A stretch of DNA of 64,000 nucleotides, from assembly GCA_965649765.1 (NCBI GenBank), contig OZ287752.1, positions 62,682,001-62,746,000 on the forward strand, read 5' to 3'. The stretch is from Bispira polyomma (Eukaryota). The notes under the pieces were generated by a model that had not been told where the DNA came from, searched no databases, and saw only the letters and a list, made by a program, of their open reading frames with translations. The translations under genes and the position numbers were made by a program. Positions 12,101 to 25,024 of this stretch are shown here, one piece after another (within the stretch, counting starts at the first letter, position 1; every line of letters begins with the position of its first letter).

Positions 12101-13050
12101 GTTCTATCACTTGGTGTTACAGAACATTACTACTCTGAATATTTAAAGTTTGTTGTAATGTTTTTGTAACCAGGACAGCCTTAATTCCATTGAATGAGCT
12201 TATTATAGTAAACTTTCCCATCATACACAGAGAAGTCATTTTGACAGTTATGCAGTAGGTTTCCCCTTAAATGGCTGTCTCACTATCTGGATAATAGCTC
12301 CCGACTGTCCCGATTGTACAATCAGGAGCCAATCATGAGGACAATCAATAACTAACATGTTAGAAAAATGATTTGATGATCGGGGTCAATTGTAAGCTGC
12401 TAAGGAGTTATCTTAACCTTATAATAACCTATCTTTCCAATCGGCATCGAAATCAGGAGAAAAAATTAGCCATTTGAATCATCCAATCCCTCCCGATAAA
12501 TTGTAAAGAACCCCCGACTGTAAAAATAAGTTGTTACCAAGTTCCTGACTGTAAATATAACCCGGAAGAAGTGGCGGATAAGTCATTAGAAAGCCCCGAC
12601 TGTAAAGATAGGCATCAATCGTAAGCTGTTAAAGAGTTATCTTAACCGTATAATTACCTATCTTTCCGATCGGCATCTAAATTGGGAGTAAAATTTGCCA
12701 TTTTGAAAAACTTTAATTGTCCAATCCCTCCTGATAGGTCGGGAGCACCCTCCAGATTGGTCAGGAGCATTACAAGTTATAGTCTACTTCTCTCGAGTTA
12801 TCCTGTCAAATGTTAAGGATAGGTCTTTAGAAATGCCCCGAGTGTAAAGATAACGCGGGCATGTCATAAGGATAAGTCGTTACCAAGTTCCTGATTGTAA
12901 AGATAACTCGGGAGAAGTGGCCGATAAGTCGTTAGGTAGCCCCGACTGTAAAGATAACTCGGGAGGAATAATGATAGGTCAGGCGGGACAGAAGATAACT
13001 CGGGAGTGAAAGCTATGACTCGGGAAACAATGGGGGGTGGGAGCAGACAG

Positions 13051-13092
13051 TATAAAAGGAAGACAGCATACTCATTTTTATCAGAATCATTC
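13051..13092 (+). promoter_or_regulatory. TATA box + Inr-like for the Harbinger DNA-binding gene
   Basis: TATAAAAG at 13051 with TCAGA/TCATT ~30-36 nt downstream, right after the subterminal array. Confidence 0.5.
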
Positions 13093-13119
13093 CAGCTTTC
13101 AGAGAGTCTACTTGCAATT

Positions 13120-14700
13120 TTTATGTTATATGATTACAACAGATTTTTTTTCTTATAAAGAATAAGTGAAATTAGACTAAAAATAAAAGAAAAAGGAGAA
13201 TTACAAAGAAAAGGGAGGTACAGCCAAGACAAGAGGAGGAGATGGAGTTTGAAGAGAGGGATACAGATGATGAGGAGATTATACCAGAAACACAGCAGTC
13301 ATCTAAAGTCCCACAATTTTTACAACATTAGAACCGGCCCACTCGGAATGTAGTGGAAATGAAGTAAACCCAGGAGACCCAGGATACTCAGGATACCCAG
13401 CATAGTAGGGATACCCCGGACAGTGAGGTGGCAGCCTTCAGTAGGAAAAAGAAGAAGGGGAAAATGAAGAACCGATGAGCAGGAGGAGGCTGTGCTGGAC
13501 TTCCACTGTATAAAGACACTCAGAGGAGGACCATGCTGTGGGAGTCATATGGCTCAACCAAGGGATTGGATTACATAGAAGTCATAAAATGGTTCACATC
13601 CCAGAGGACTATCTTTGGAAAGCTGGGTGTGCCCAAGTCTGGGCAAGCGGCCCCAGAATTGACCGAGTGACAGATGTAGGTGAAGACCAACTTTGCGTTC
13701 CTCAAGCCACATATTAGACACCAGCTCAACAAGTCTGCTGGATTTAAGCCTATCGCGTCAGCCTCTCAGGGGGCTGCCCCTCGTGATTCACCTGTTGCAT
13801 TGTCCCACTCCGATACAGACCAGGGTGAGATGGAGTCGTCCAACTTTGCCTCACAAAAGTCTTCAGCCTTTCTCTACCCCTATCCAGGAGAGACAGGAAA
13901 GGCAGATCGGGATTGAGTTGGCAGATTCCATTGGAAAGATGCAAGAGACTATTTCAGGGATCCTGATGGAGGCAAAGAAACCCAAAGATGAGGGAGCTAG
14001 AGCAGCCTTTATAAACTGGTTGAGCAAAAAGACGGAGAAAATGACAGAACACTCCTTCCTGCAGTTCAAAAGGGAGTCCTTCAACCTAGTCACAACACTC
14101 CAGGAAAGGGCAGCAGGTCCATCAGCTCAAACAGCAGCTTTTCAGCCACAGCAACAGCCTTTCCCCCAATACCAGATGGGACCTCCAGCTTTTATACCTC
14201 AACCACCACAGCAGGGACGCTCCATCTATCAACAACAACAGCAACAACCAAGACCACAGCCTCCGCCACAGCAACAACTTGGCCCACTTGTGATTACAAC
14301 ACAAACAACACAAGTATTACTATCCTTGGCCAGCACCAGTGGTATTTAGCAGGGCCACCAAGCGATATCCGGAGGCAGCTTGACTAGTGGAGCCTACTAT
14401 AACCCACCATCAGTAGGTCCACTGTCAGTAGGTCCAATGTCAATGGACAACAGTGACATCATGAATACCTCGGAAGCTTCATTTGCCAGAAGTTTTGATT
14501 TAAACACACCAGCTACCAGAACATTAGGACTCCTTCAGGCTTCAAGGTTGTTGCTGACATACAGCTACCAACAGACCACAGGACCACAACCACCACCGAT
14601 TCAACATCATCAATCACCACCGCTTCAACATCATCAACCACCACCTCCCCCACCACCACCAACGACTAGTCACTCCTCTCCTCCTCCGTCGGTCATGTGA
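13120..14700 (+). pseudogene. Harbinger accessory Myb/SANT/MADF-like DNA-binding protein, frameshifted
   Basis: Acidic N-terminus, then fragments LWESYG...WFTSQRTIFGKLGVPKSGQAAPELTE..VKTNFAFLKPHIRHQ, then a Q/P-rich tail; multiple stops and frameshifts. Confidence 0.75.
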
Positions 14701-14899
14701 CCACCAACCGGCCCTTGTCAGGGCCACCCAAATGTTTCAAGAACATTATCTAAAGATGTTTGTTAAATGAAAAAAAACCTCACTACAAGAAGCATACTGG
14801 CCCCACAAATAACTTATCTCACTCACACACAAAACAAAATACACTTCTCCCCACACACAAGAATGAAAATAATTTCTAAAATATCAAACACACAAAAGC

Positions 14900-15075
14900 C
14901 CCTCTAAATAAAATCCCCTTTATCTCATGACGCCCTTACAAATAAAATCCCCTTTATCATATGAAGCCATTCCAAATATAATTCTCATTATCATATGAAG
15001 CCCTTCCAAATATTTTCCCCTTTATAATAGGAAGCCTGTCCAAATATAATCCCCTTTAAATTTGAAAACCCATTT
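14900..15075. repeat. ~31-bp degenerate minisatellite, ~6 copies, between the Harbinger genes
   Basis: Repeats of aaataaaatcccctttatcatatgaagcccttcc. Confidence 0.8.
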
Positions 15076-15249
15076 AAGTAGAAGTTTTTTTAAGACAATG
15101 TCCCGTTAAAGGAGTTCAACTTGAAGCAGTTTACAAAGTTAAAGAGCTGAAAAATTTATTTTTATGCTGTCCAAATTAAAAAGGAAATAATTTGACAGAC
15201 TTCTATACAAAGGGGTTTCACCATTATTTATTTGCTTCAAAGCGGAGAG

Positions 15250-16245
15250 TTGTATTGTATTGTATTGTACATTTCGAACGTGCCTTATTGATACTAGGCA
15301 TCTTCTAAGGTGCAACATCAGAATCAATCAGCCAATAGAAAAAATGAAATACATAGCCAGGTCGTAAGGATGAATGCGTCAGTGTCCAGGAAGAGGACTA
15401 CGGCGGATGGGCGAGCCTGAAGAGATAAGTTTTAAGCTTTCTCCTAAAACCAGAAAGTGTTTCAAGCAGTCTAAGTTCAACTGGAAGGCTGTTCCATAAC
15501 ATAGGGGTGGCGACCGAGAAGGCTCTAGATCCAACTCTCTTGGTGGGTTTTTTAGTGGAAACAGAGAGTCTTTTTCCCCTTTTAAGGCTGCTGAAGGAGA
15601 GTTTAGTAGCGAGGTAGTGAGGCTGTTGAGAGACAACAGCTTTAAAAATGGTGATGTGCATTTTAAACAGGATTCAATAGTGAATAGGAAGCCAGTGAAG
15701 TTTCTTGAGGTATAGAGTGACATCAGTACGGATTCCCAAACGAAAGATGACTCTACATAGATAGTTTTGAATGGACTGCAACTTGTTTATGTGGGACTTA
15801 TTGGCTCCATACAGAAGAGAATTACAGTAGTCAAGGCGGCTACTAACAAGGGCGTTAGCCACAGTGATGGCAGTATCCAGTGACAGATAATTTCTGATTC
15901 TTTTGAGGTTCCGAATGCGATAGTAAAAGGAGCAGCAGATGCTGTTAATGTGAGGAAGAAATAAAAAAGCAGGGTCGATAGTGACACCTAGGTTTTTGAC
16001 CTGGTCTGAAGGTTGAATCTCATTGCCCAGCAGTGTGATTGGGAAAAGTAACCTATAATATTCACTGTGTTTCTTATTTCCAATTAGGATGAATTCAGTT
16101 TTGTCAGGGTTTAGTTTCAGTTTGGAGTAGTTCATCCATACCTAGACTGAGGAGAGACAGTCAGCAAGTAAATCCAGGTTGTATCTGGCATTCTGAGTGT
16201 TAAGAGAGAGAGAGATTTGAGTGTCATCAGTATACATGTGAGAGT
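15250..16245 (-). mobile_element. 5'-truncated L2/CR1-group LINE inserted in the Harbinger element
   Basis: Y(T)DDTQ, KLKLNPDKTEFILIG, VKNLGV, SRLDYCNSLLYG, LHWLPI, RAFSVATPMLWNSLP, FRRKLKTYLF; (TACAA)n 3' tail at 15250-15270. Confidence 0.92.
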
Positions 16246-16517
16246 TCTACTTAAAACGGTTTAAGATTGGATTTTACAAGTTTTACTAGGATTTGAACAG
16301 TTATGAATTTATTCATAGGGTATGTAAAAGGAGGGGGTGATAATGTTTTGTTCTTTGTCTTTGTATGGTGGATTTTTTGTGTGGGGCCAATGTGTATTTT
16401 GTCATGGGCGGTATGGGTTTGATTTTTTTGCAACAAAAGCTCAGAACAAGTTCTTGGATGTTTTGGGTGGCCCTGAAAAGGGTTTTTTCTGCCTTAGGTT
16501 CAGGCTCTAGGGAGGCT

Positions 16518-17285
16518 TCAAACACTGTCGTTCTGCCATGGCACTGCCCCCTCGTTCATGAAGTAATCCATCAGGGCGTCTCTCTGTTCCTTGGCTACTC
16601 GGCTAGGATTTCTGATGTTATATGGATTGCCTTGATTTCCAATCAGTGCAACCTGTGTGCTAGGGGGGTCATCTGCTGGATCAGGGTGGTCTCCTCCCTG
16701 GTTTGATAATTTCACTTCTGAGCATGCTGTGGAGGACTACACAGGCTGGGGTTAAGGTGACCACCACAAGTGGTTTCTTGCTGCATCGTCCTGGAATTTG
16801 TCGATGCTTGCCTAGCAAACATCGGGAACAAACGTGGTAATGGTTGGCCTCCCCACCCGGAATGCGTACTGAAGTGAGGTGTATGACTCCCTAGTCACCA
16901 AATGTCTAAAATTTATTGCAATCTTTAGTCCAGGTGACAGTGCCTTGTGGTACTAGGTGTTTCTTGCAATCCTGGGGGCCACCCTCCTCTCCAGTTCTTT
17001 GAAAAATTCCGGGGTCATCCTCAAGAAGTTCCTATACGACTGTGTATCTTGTGCCTCCATCTGTGGCAGAAGTGCCGAGTAGTGACCGTACTCCTCCTTA
17101 TCCCTGAGTAATGGGTTCACCCAAAACCTCCTTGGTGTTCTGGCTTTCCTAATCCCAACATTATTAGCCTGATTCTGATTCTGTGCCAGCATAAGATTTT
17201 GTCTTCTTCTTTGACCTTGAAAATGTCCAAGTGCAAGTAGTTGTATTTGCATAAATGTTAAATAAAGCTTGTAGAATTTGGCCAA
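16518..17285 (-). pseudogene. Harbinger transposase with the catalytic core deleted
   Basis: RRFWVNP...YRNFLRMTPEFF, ALSPGLKIA...SYTSLQYAFRVG joined near 16795 to the C-terminal ACVVLH...RDALMDYFMNEGAVPWQ. The DDE region is absent. Confidence 0.88.
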
Positions 17286-17336
17286 TATCTATAATCCTTT
17301 TGGGTATCAAGTTGCTCAGTTGACTTCTCAATAAAA

Positions 17337-17372
17337 ACTGACTGGATTTTGTGTGCTCTCCCCTATATATAG
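17337..17372 (-). promoter_or_regulatory. TATA box + Inr for the Harbinger transposase
   Basis: Minus strand reads CTATATATAGGGG with TCAGTT ~30 nt downstream. Confidence 0.55.
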
Positions 17373-19262
17373 GGTTTTGGAGGCGAATCACGAGGTTCTG
17401 TACATCTCCCGATTGCAAAATTGCAAGATCTATGTCTTCGAGGTAGCGAGTAATCGGAATTGAGGCACCGACCTATCGGGAGCGAGGTACCAACCTATCA
17501 GGGATGACAACGACCTCTCTTTATGATCGTAGCATGTTGTCCCGACTTATCTTTGTCAATAGGGAGGATTTTTTTGGCAAAATTCCCGATCTGTCCCGAT
17601 CTATCAGGCTTTGCTTCCAACCTATCTTTACAATCGGGAATCATTACAATTATAGTCGTGGGACGTAAAATTTCCCGCCTTTTTTTCCAAAATCGAGGCA
17701 AAATGCTAAAGATTGCTTGCGACCGCATTATCGGGGTCTCTTCCCGATCTCAGGATAGTGTGACAGCGGCTTTAGGGCAAAATCACGCTCATAGAAAGAA
17801 TTTGATTTAAAATTGCCTTTACGTATACAGTTCTTCAATTTTAAGACATTTGAATATTTCTTTAGGAAAGGGAACACAGAAGCAATTGTAACTATCAAGG
17901 TACTGTTAATATTATAAAAGAAAAATATTTTCTGAAAAAAACAACAGTTCTTCTTAAATAGAATGGCTCTAGCAATCCCCAGATGGGTTTCTTTCCACCT
18001 CAGATTGCTCGTGCACATATGGGCCAGGTCTACTGATGAAATGAACAGTCTGGAGTAAAAAAAACAACAAAAAAACAAGCCAGTTGCAAAATGTCACATC
18101 AATGTTTTCACCTAATGATATCTCATTTCTCTTAAATCCATTCCAATGATGGAGTAATCTAACTTTGGGTGGCTTTCCTAATAAAACTCTACAATCCCTG
18201 CAATGAAAATAAAATCCTAGTGGAAATACTATAAAATGTCAAATGACTTTAGCCAAAAAACCAACAAACTAATACACACTCATATTAGTTTTAATACCCT
18301 TTTTATTCATTTTAGAAAAAGTGTTGCACAGCAAATTAAATTCTACATATCGTGAAACCACGAATATACACCACACTAAGACTACACATTTAAGTAAATT
18401 AACGCCACAATTTTGTGGTGTTAAAGTGACCTTTTGTGAGCACATTAATAACTTGACTTTTTGTTACCTATCCAGCATCCATCATATTTACATTTGGCAA
18501 ACTTGACTTGATTTAAGAATTAAAACATGATATAAACAGCATTATGGTTATTAGGGGATAACATGCTTGACCAAGATATTGGATTAGGAATAGCGATTAA
18601 TTGATTTTGCTTAAGAAGATACCGGACATCACTAAGGGCAGGTTAATGCTCCATAAAAGTAATTTCTCCATAAAAGAAATTGCCTTTTTCTGTCAAGAAT
18701 ATTTGCTAGAAAATTTACGTAACCCAAGACGGTACACCCTGAGCATTGAGGCTGAATGGCAAATTCATTGCAATTTATGCAATGTTAATACTTGATTTCA
18801 AGTTCAGAAGACTCTAGGGGTACACAAAAAATATCGGCTCAGAGGTTTGTGGGAGGGGTGCGCGTACAACTAAAATAGCCTGCGGCCTACATCTTCTGGT
18901 TATTACCTGTTGGGCTTGACGGTTGTTATAATGTTAGTAATGTCAAGTGCACCCAGAAGGCTGAGTATGTGAAAGCTAATCATGTAAAATATAATGATGT
19001 CAAGATCAACTTATATTAACGTTGTACATAACTTTTAAATTCTGTGTATTACTAAGGTTACCATAATGATATATTTCTTTCAATTACTTAATCTGGCTAC
19101 ATGTTAAGGTGTACCCTAATCTTAAGGTTAAATTAATTTGAAAATTAATGTGATCTCAATGTCAGGGTACTTAACTGATAAAGTTAAGATTAACTTATAG
19201 TCAGTTTACGAAGGTGTACCCATCTATGAAGTGTACTTAACTTGTGTACTTGAATACTGATT

Positions 19263-21495
19263 ACAAAATCTTGACCAAGGCATTATCCAATAGATTACAA
19301 AAGCAATTACCAAAACTGGTGAATAATCAACAAGTAGGGTATATCAAAGGGAGATAAATAGGCCAAAATGTAAGAATTATAGAGGATATTATAGCACATA
19401 CTAACATAAATAATGTACCATGATATATAGTATTAGTGGATTTTGAAAAAACCCAGTATAAATTGGTTGTTTCTATTTGAAAGTTTAAAATCCTTCAATT
19501 TTGGAGAATATTTTGTAAAATGGGTGAAAATTTTGTATACAGATATTCAGTCATGTGTTTGTAATAACGGTTATTTTTTAGAATATTTTACTCTGAGCAG
19601 AGGCATAAGACAGGGATGTCCCATAACTGCATTACTTGTTATTCTTGTAGCTGAAATTATCACAAATAATATTCGTAAGAACAAACTGATTTCTGGAATT
19701 ATGATTAATAATGAAGAGTATAAAATATGACAATTGGCAGATGACACAACCCTCTTCATAAATAACTTTCAGGCAATACAAAATCTGGTTTTAACTTTAA
19801 CACATTTTGAAAAGTGTTCAGGTCTGAAAATAAACAAAACAAAGACACAAGTCATACCCCTTAACAAAAATAAATCTAAATTCTTGTATATTTAAACATT
19901 AGAAATCTGCACCACAAAATTTAAAACTCTGGGTATGTGGTTTTCTCAAGATTTGATAGGCATGGTCAAGTTAAATTTTGACAATAGACTTCATGGCATG
20001 GAAAAGATTTTGAATATTTAGGAATCCAGAAAACTGTCATTGAAAGGAAAGACCATGATTGTCAAAACTCTAGTATTACCTCAAATTAGTCACTTGTTGG
20101 CTGTGTGTTATTGTCCGGGGCATATATTGGAAAGAATTGACAAGATGTTTTTTAACTTTCTGTGGGCAAAGAAGACAGCAAAAATCAAGAACAAAACAAT
20201 AATATCAAATTACTCATCAGGGGGGGCTTAGAATGCCTGATATCTTCAGTATTCACACTAATGCAAAATTATGTTGAATTAAAAGATAAACTGATGAGAA
20301 CAATAAGGGCAGATAGAAAAAATTGATGTGGTATATGTTATATATAGGAAGCCATCTAATTAAGAATAAAATTCCAAAGTCATGGTGTGGTAAATGTTTT
20401 CCAGCTTTCACAAACAAGTACTAGAATGCTGGTGAACTATAAAATGTAGGCCTCCTAAAGGCATAGAAGAAATATGTAATGAATTTGTTTTTGATAACAT
20501 GTACATATGTTCAAACAACAATCGTCTAAATTTCAGATATTTTAAATTAAAAAAGATAACACAAAAAACATAAGGATAAAAGATCTAACAAATATCAGGG
20601 GGAAGGTACTCTCTATGCAAGAGTTAAAAGAATCACTTGGTTAAAACATAAGCAAAATTTTACAAAGAATATTACATTGCAATTACAATTTTTTCAAATG
20701 AAAAATAAAAATAGCCCCACATGTATTTATTGTAATGATGTTGACACACTGGAACTCCGCCTGTTTTATTGTATATATTGTGAACAGTTTTGGACAGAGT
20801 TAGAAAATTGGTTGGCATTAAACCTTGGATCATCGTTAAACTTAAATGTCTGTGAATTTTTTTTTTCTTTAATTTGGATATTTAACGTCCACTCTAGTAC
20901 CTGTTTAGGTTATATTGGGATGGGTAGTTGGCACAGCTGGAGGAAACACTGCATACAGTTGATCAAGGTTCTGCACTAAAACCAACGGCCCACAGTAAGG
21001 AACTACCACCTTTCCCACAGGCATTGACCAGATTCGAACTCACGCCCCCCAGAGGTGAGAGACCAGTGATTGTAAAGCGCAATGCTTGCTAACCACTAGG
21101 CCACCGTGGCCCCTAAATATCTGTGAAGTATTATTTGGTATAAAAGCAACAGATAAAAGGGGAAAAAAAATCATAAATCTTTTCATAACATATAGTAAAT
21201 GGTATATCAACCAATGCAGAACAAAAAATAAAAGTATTTGTATTTGTAAAATTTTATGCAAACAAAAAGTATTTATATTGTATAATATTAGACTATTTGA
21301 TCATTAATAAGGAGAGTAATAAACAAGATTGATACTTTTGGACTTCAGATACTGCCAGGAAAATATATTATAATATAATTGCCATGAAATTATTTATGTA
21401 ATGTAAATTGCCATATTTGTTTGTACTACATGTATCTGTATTGTGTTATTATTGTACTGTGTGTGTCTTTTTTTGTGAAATAAAAAAAAATTTAA
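19263..21495 (+). mobile_element. Decayed L1/Tx1-like LINE (RT and C-terminal zinc-binding region, A-rich tail)
   Basis: QVGYIKGR, DFEK, RGIRQGCP, QLADDTTLF, LKINKTKT, SLKGKTMIVKTLVLP, CIYCNDVDTLE..FYC; many stops. Confidence 0.9.
20857..21113 (-). mobile_element. tRNA-derived SINE with 14-bp TSD, inserted in the LINE
   Basis: GGGGCCACGGTGGCCTAGTGG A-box, GAGTTCGAATC B-box, ...GGACGTTAAA and A-rich tail; TSD taaatgtctgtgaa (20843-20856) / taaatatctgtgaa (21114-21127). Confidence 0.92.
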
Positions 21496-21779
21496 AAACA
21501 ATTAATACTCTCAATGAATGTGTGCTTAATATGGGTATTTGTGACCTGGGTGTGTTAAGGACTGTGGTTACTACTTTACATCTCTATACTCAATAAGTAT
21601 AAGAGAGGAGTTGGTGTTTTGTTTATACAAGATCCAAGCCCTCTCATCCTTCAAAAGTATCACCTGTAAAATATATTTAATGGATTTTTTTCAATTTGAG
21701 AGAGTCCATTGATAGAGTCTCACTTCTATATAATATTTTAATCTGAAGTTTTCGGGTTGTCTTAATATTTTCAACGTCT

Positions 21780-24090
21780 TATCAGCAGATGCACATTTTG
21801 TTGATTTTTACGCCATGTATGTGTTTGTATATATATATATATATATATAAATCATTTTTAACCCACCTTCCAAATAGTTCATACAAACTGGCTTTCTTTT
21901 GATCTTGTCAGGCTTTTTAGTTCGTAAAAAATTGAAAAATGTATCATTTAATTGATTTTAAAAGTTTTGTGGGGTTAGTAGAGAAGTAAAGAGATAGATA
22001 TATGTTGACAATAACATAGTTTTTATGACAGTATTTTTTCCCAGTAATCTATTTTGCCACTTTGAATATCTTTCTTTACGTTATTTAAAGCTTTAGTGTA
22101 ATTTATTTCTGGCGTGGCATTCAACTTCACTGAAAAGTCAAAACCCAATAATGTAAATTTTGGATTTCCCCCAATCTACTGTTTCTGAAACATTTAATTT
22201 TTCCTTAGAATGTTTTTTATGCCTATCCATATCACTTTCGTTTTTTCTTTGTTCATTTTTAATCCTGAGAAATTGCCAAAATCTCAATAGTATTTAGAGC
22301 TGACTGTAGAGAGTGCTGACTACCAGCTAAAATAAGTATGGTGTCATCCACAAACTGGGTTAACTTAAATTCTTTAGCATTTATTAATAATCCTACTATA
22401 TTTGGGTTAATTTTAATTAACACGTAAAGTATTACAGCCCCAATCAAAAATAAATATCGGGAAAGGAGATCCCCCTGTCTACATCCACTTTTGATTGATA
22501 TGCCATCAGATAGATGACCACATTGAACAATATGGGCCTTTATGTTGGTACTGAACATTTGAATCCATTTTATTTTCACTAAAACCGAAAAAGAGTAAAG
22601 GCTTGTGAAGGAAATTCCACGAAATAGAGTCAAAGGCCTTTTCAAAATCTATAAGCATTAATCAGCCTGATTTATTTTTTTATTTCTGAGATGTGCATAA
22701 TATCATAAATTAGTCTTTTATTTTCACTCACTTGTCTGCCTGTTTGTGTTTTAGGGATAATTTTATTGATTGTACTCTATAGCCTGTCTGCAATAACCCC
22801 AGATGCAAGTTTATAGATCTTACATAAAAGTGAGATTGGACTCCAGTTTTTAAGTAAGCTTCTATCTTTACCATCTTTTCGTATACATGTTATTTTTTTT
22901 TTCCGCAATGTAGTTGATAACATACATTTTTTAAAACAACTGTTCAAAGCATGAGTCATATAAAGTTTTAACTTTACCCAAATTACTTTTAAAAATTCTA
23001 AACTATTACCATCCCTGGAGTTTTGTTATTCTTTGTTCTTTTTTAGAGTCATTCCTAATTCAATAATTCTTGGTGGCTTACCTAAGTCATTGTTATTAAC
23101 TTTAGTTACTTTAGCCTCTTGTAATATCTTTGTGAAATCCACAGGCTCTAGATCACTATCTCTACTTTTAAAAAGATTTGTATAGTATTTCATTATTTGA
23201 ATCATAATCTGTTTTTGATCGGTAATAAACTGTCCTTCACAATTGTGTACTTTCCATATTATTTTCTTTACAAAATATTTTTATTCAAGATTGCAGAAAA
23301 AGCTTGTCAGTTGTTCACCTTTTATCAACCATTGAGTTCTGGATCTTATTATTTTACTTTTAATTCTACCTGCCCTGACAGCTTCAAGTTCAGTTTTTTG
23401 TCAGATAATAGTGCAATGTTATTATTCTGCAAGTTACTACAAGATTCCAGATGCTCAATATCTTTAAAGAGCTTTTTCCTTCAAATTATTTTATTTTTTT
23501 TCAAAAAGGATGACAATTTGATTGTTTGCTCCCTGATTTGAAGAAAAAGTACTTCTAAGAAAAGATCATCATCAATAGTAAACGCAACGTCATCGAATTC
23601 TTTTTGAGATACTTTCTGTTATATATTGGTAAAGGATATTTTATGACTTCTTCCTTTATTATATTTTTAATAAGATCAACAAAATCTTGACTTTTCAGTA
23701 AGCTATTATTGAGTTTCCAAACACCTTCACCCACAGTGAATTTATTAAGTTCTATATCGAGAGATATTATTGAGTGATCTAATCTGTATCCTGCTTTAAT
23801 ATCAAGTCTGACATATTTCAGTGAGTTTCGTCTTCTCCATGTGTATCTGCGAGTGCCTGGATTTAAATGTCTCTATAGATATCCAAAAGCTCTAACTCAT
23901 TGGACATGTTCAAAACTGAGAGTCTTGCTTTGGGGTTGTTTACATGATTGTAGTTTCAGGTATCAACTTATAAATTTAATACCACATTCAAATCGCCACA
24001 TACAATGTCATAATCTGTCTTCTGTTTCTGTAATGCAAGCTTAATTTCGGTAATAAAGTCAGGTGTGTCAATATTTGGTGCATACACCTT
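21780..24090 (-). mobile_element. Decayed L1/Tx1-like LINE ORF2 (APE endonuclease + RT)
   Basis: VYAPNIDTPDF, YTWRR, DHSII, WKLNNSL, KNWSPISLL, DFEKAFD, SGCRQGD, TQFVDDT fragments in several frames. Confidence 0.88.
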
Positions 24091-24495
24091 TTTTTTTAAG
24101 CCCAATGAGTATCTTGCAGACGGGCGATGTCGGCTATGGTTCTTTTGCTCTTCTTTTTGCTAAATTTTGTAGACATTGACAACACTGTAATATTATGTCC
24201 TAACCTTGTGTTTATTACTAATGGCAGCATTCTCTACTGATATTAAATACAAAGAATGTTTAGTCAAATCCTCAATTAATTGTATTTTGAACAAAAAAAA
24301 CAAAAAAGAAAACAAGAAAAAACAAGTTGAATATACAAAAACAAAGAGTAAAGATATTAATATTACGATGTCCAATGGTAAGTAGGTCATTATGAATAAC
24401 CAAAGATTGTTTGTGCTTGATCACTATCCTATGTAAAAAATATTTTACTAAATCTCACTTGAGTTTCCTTAGCATTATATTAAACAACAGATTTG

Positions 24496-24500
<5 letters not shown>

Positions 24501-24583
<83 letters not shown>
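24501..24583. repeat. (TA)n microsatellite, ~41 units
   Basis: Uninterrupted TA run. Confidence 0.98.
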
Positions 24584-24585
<2 letters not shown>

Positions 24586-25024
24586 TGTTTAATGAAGTAC
24601 AAAATTTTAATTGATAACATTCATACAATATGACAAGTAGTGAATAGTACACAAATAAAATACAAACAAAAAATAACAATTTAGCCTTCTCTCTAAGATT
24701 TAGATTCAAGTCTAGTTAACTTAATATGTAACTTTGTTTCTAGTGTGAGACAAGAGATTCTGTAATTTTTAAGTATGCCCTATCATATTCTATCAAAATA
24801 TTTTAAATACTTTTACTATTTTGAGTGAAACCTGATTGACTTTAAAGTTATGTATTATTAATTTATATTTACATCAAACCTTTGATTTATGAAAAAACTG
24901 TGTACAGTAATATCTAAAACAATTTAATATTTCAGTCATTTTGGGGTATTCTTCTTTACACGTTGGTGCATATGTATATATATATAACAGCACAAGGACA
25001 CTAATTAGTAAGTTTATAATAGTT

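Larger units (their letters stand above)
12270..17771. mobile_element. PIF/Harbinger DNA transposon, full-length but inactivated
   Basis: TTA at 12267-12269 and 17772-17774 (TSD); imperfect TIRs AATGGCTGTCTCACTATC / GATAGTGTGACAGCGGCT; subterminal CCCGACTGTAAAGATAAC arrays; convergent Myb/MADF-like and transposase genes. Confidence 0.9.

Noticed and set aside
12290-13030. Repeat-spacer-like pattern resembling a CRISPR array
   Set aside because: Irregular spacing, non-unique spacers, no cas genes, eukaryotic context; explained as Harbinger subterminal repeats.
21035-21113. tRNA gene
   Set aside because: A/B boxes are followed by a SINE body, A-tail and TSD; no proper cloverleaf seen.
24411-24709. 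ORFs with YIYIYI runs
   Set aside because: Translation artefacts of the (TA)n microsatellite.
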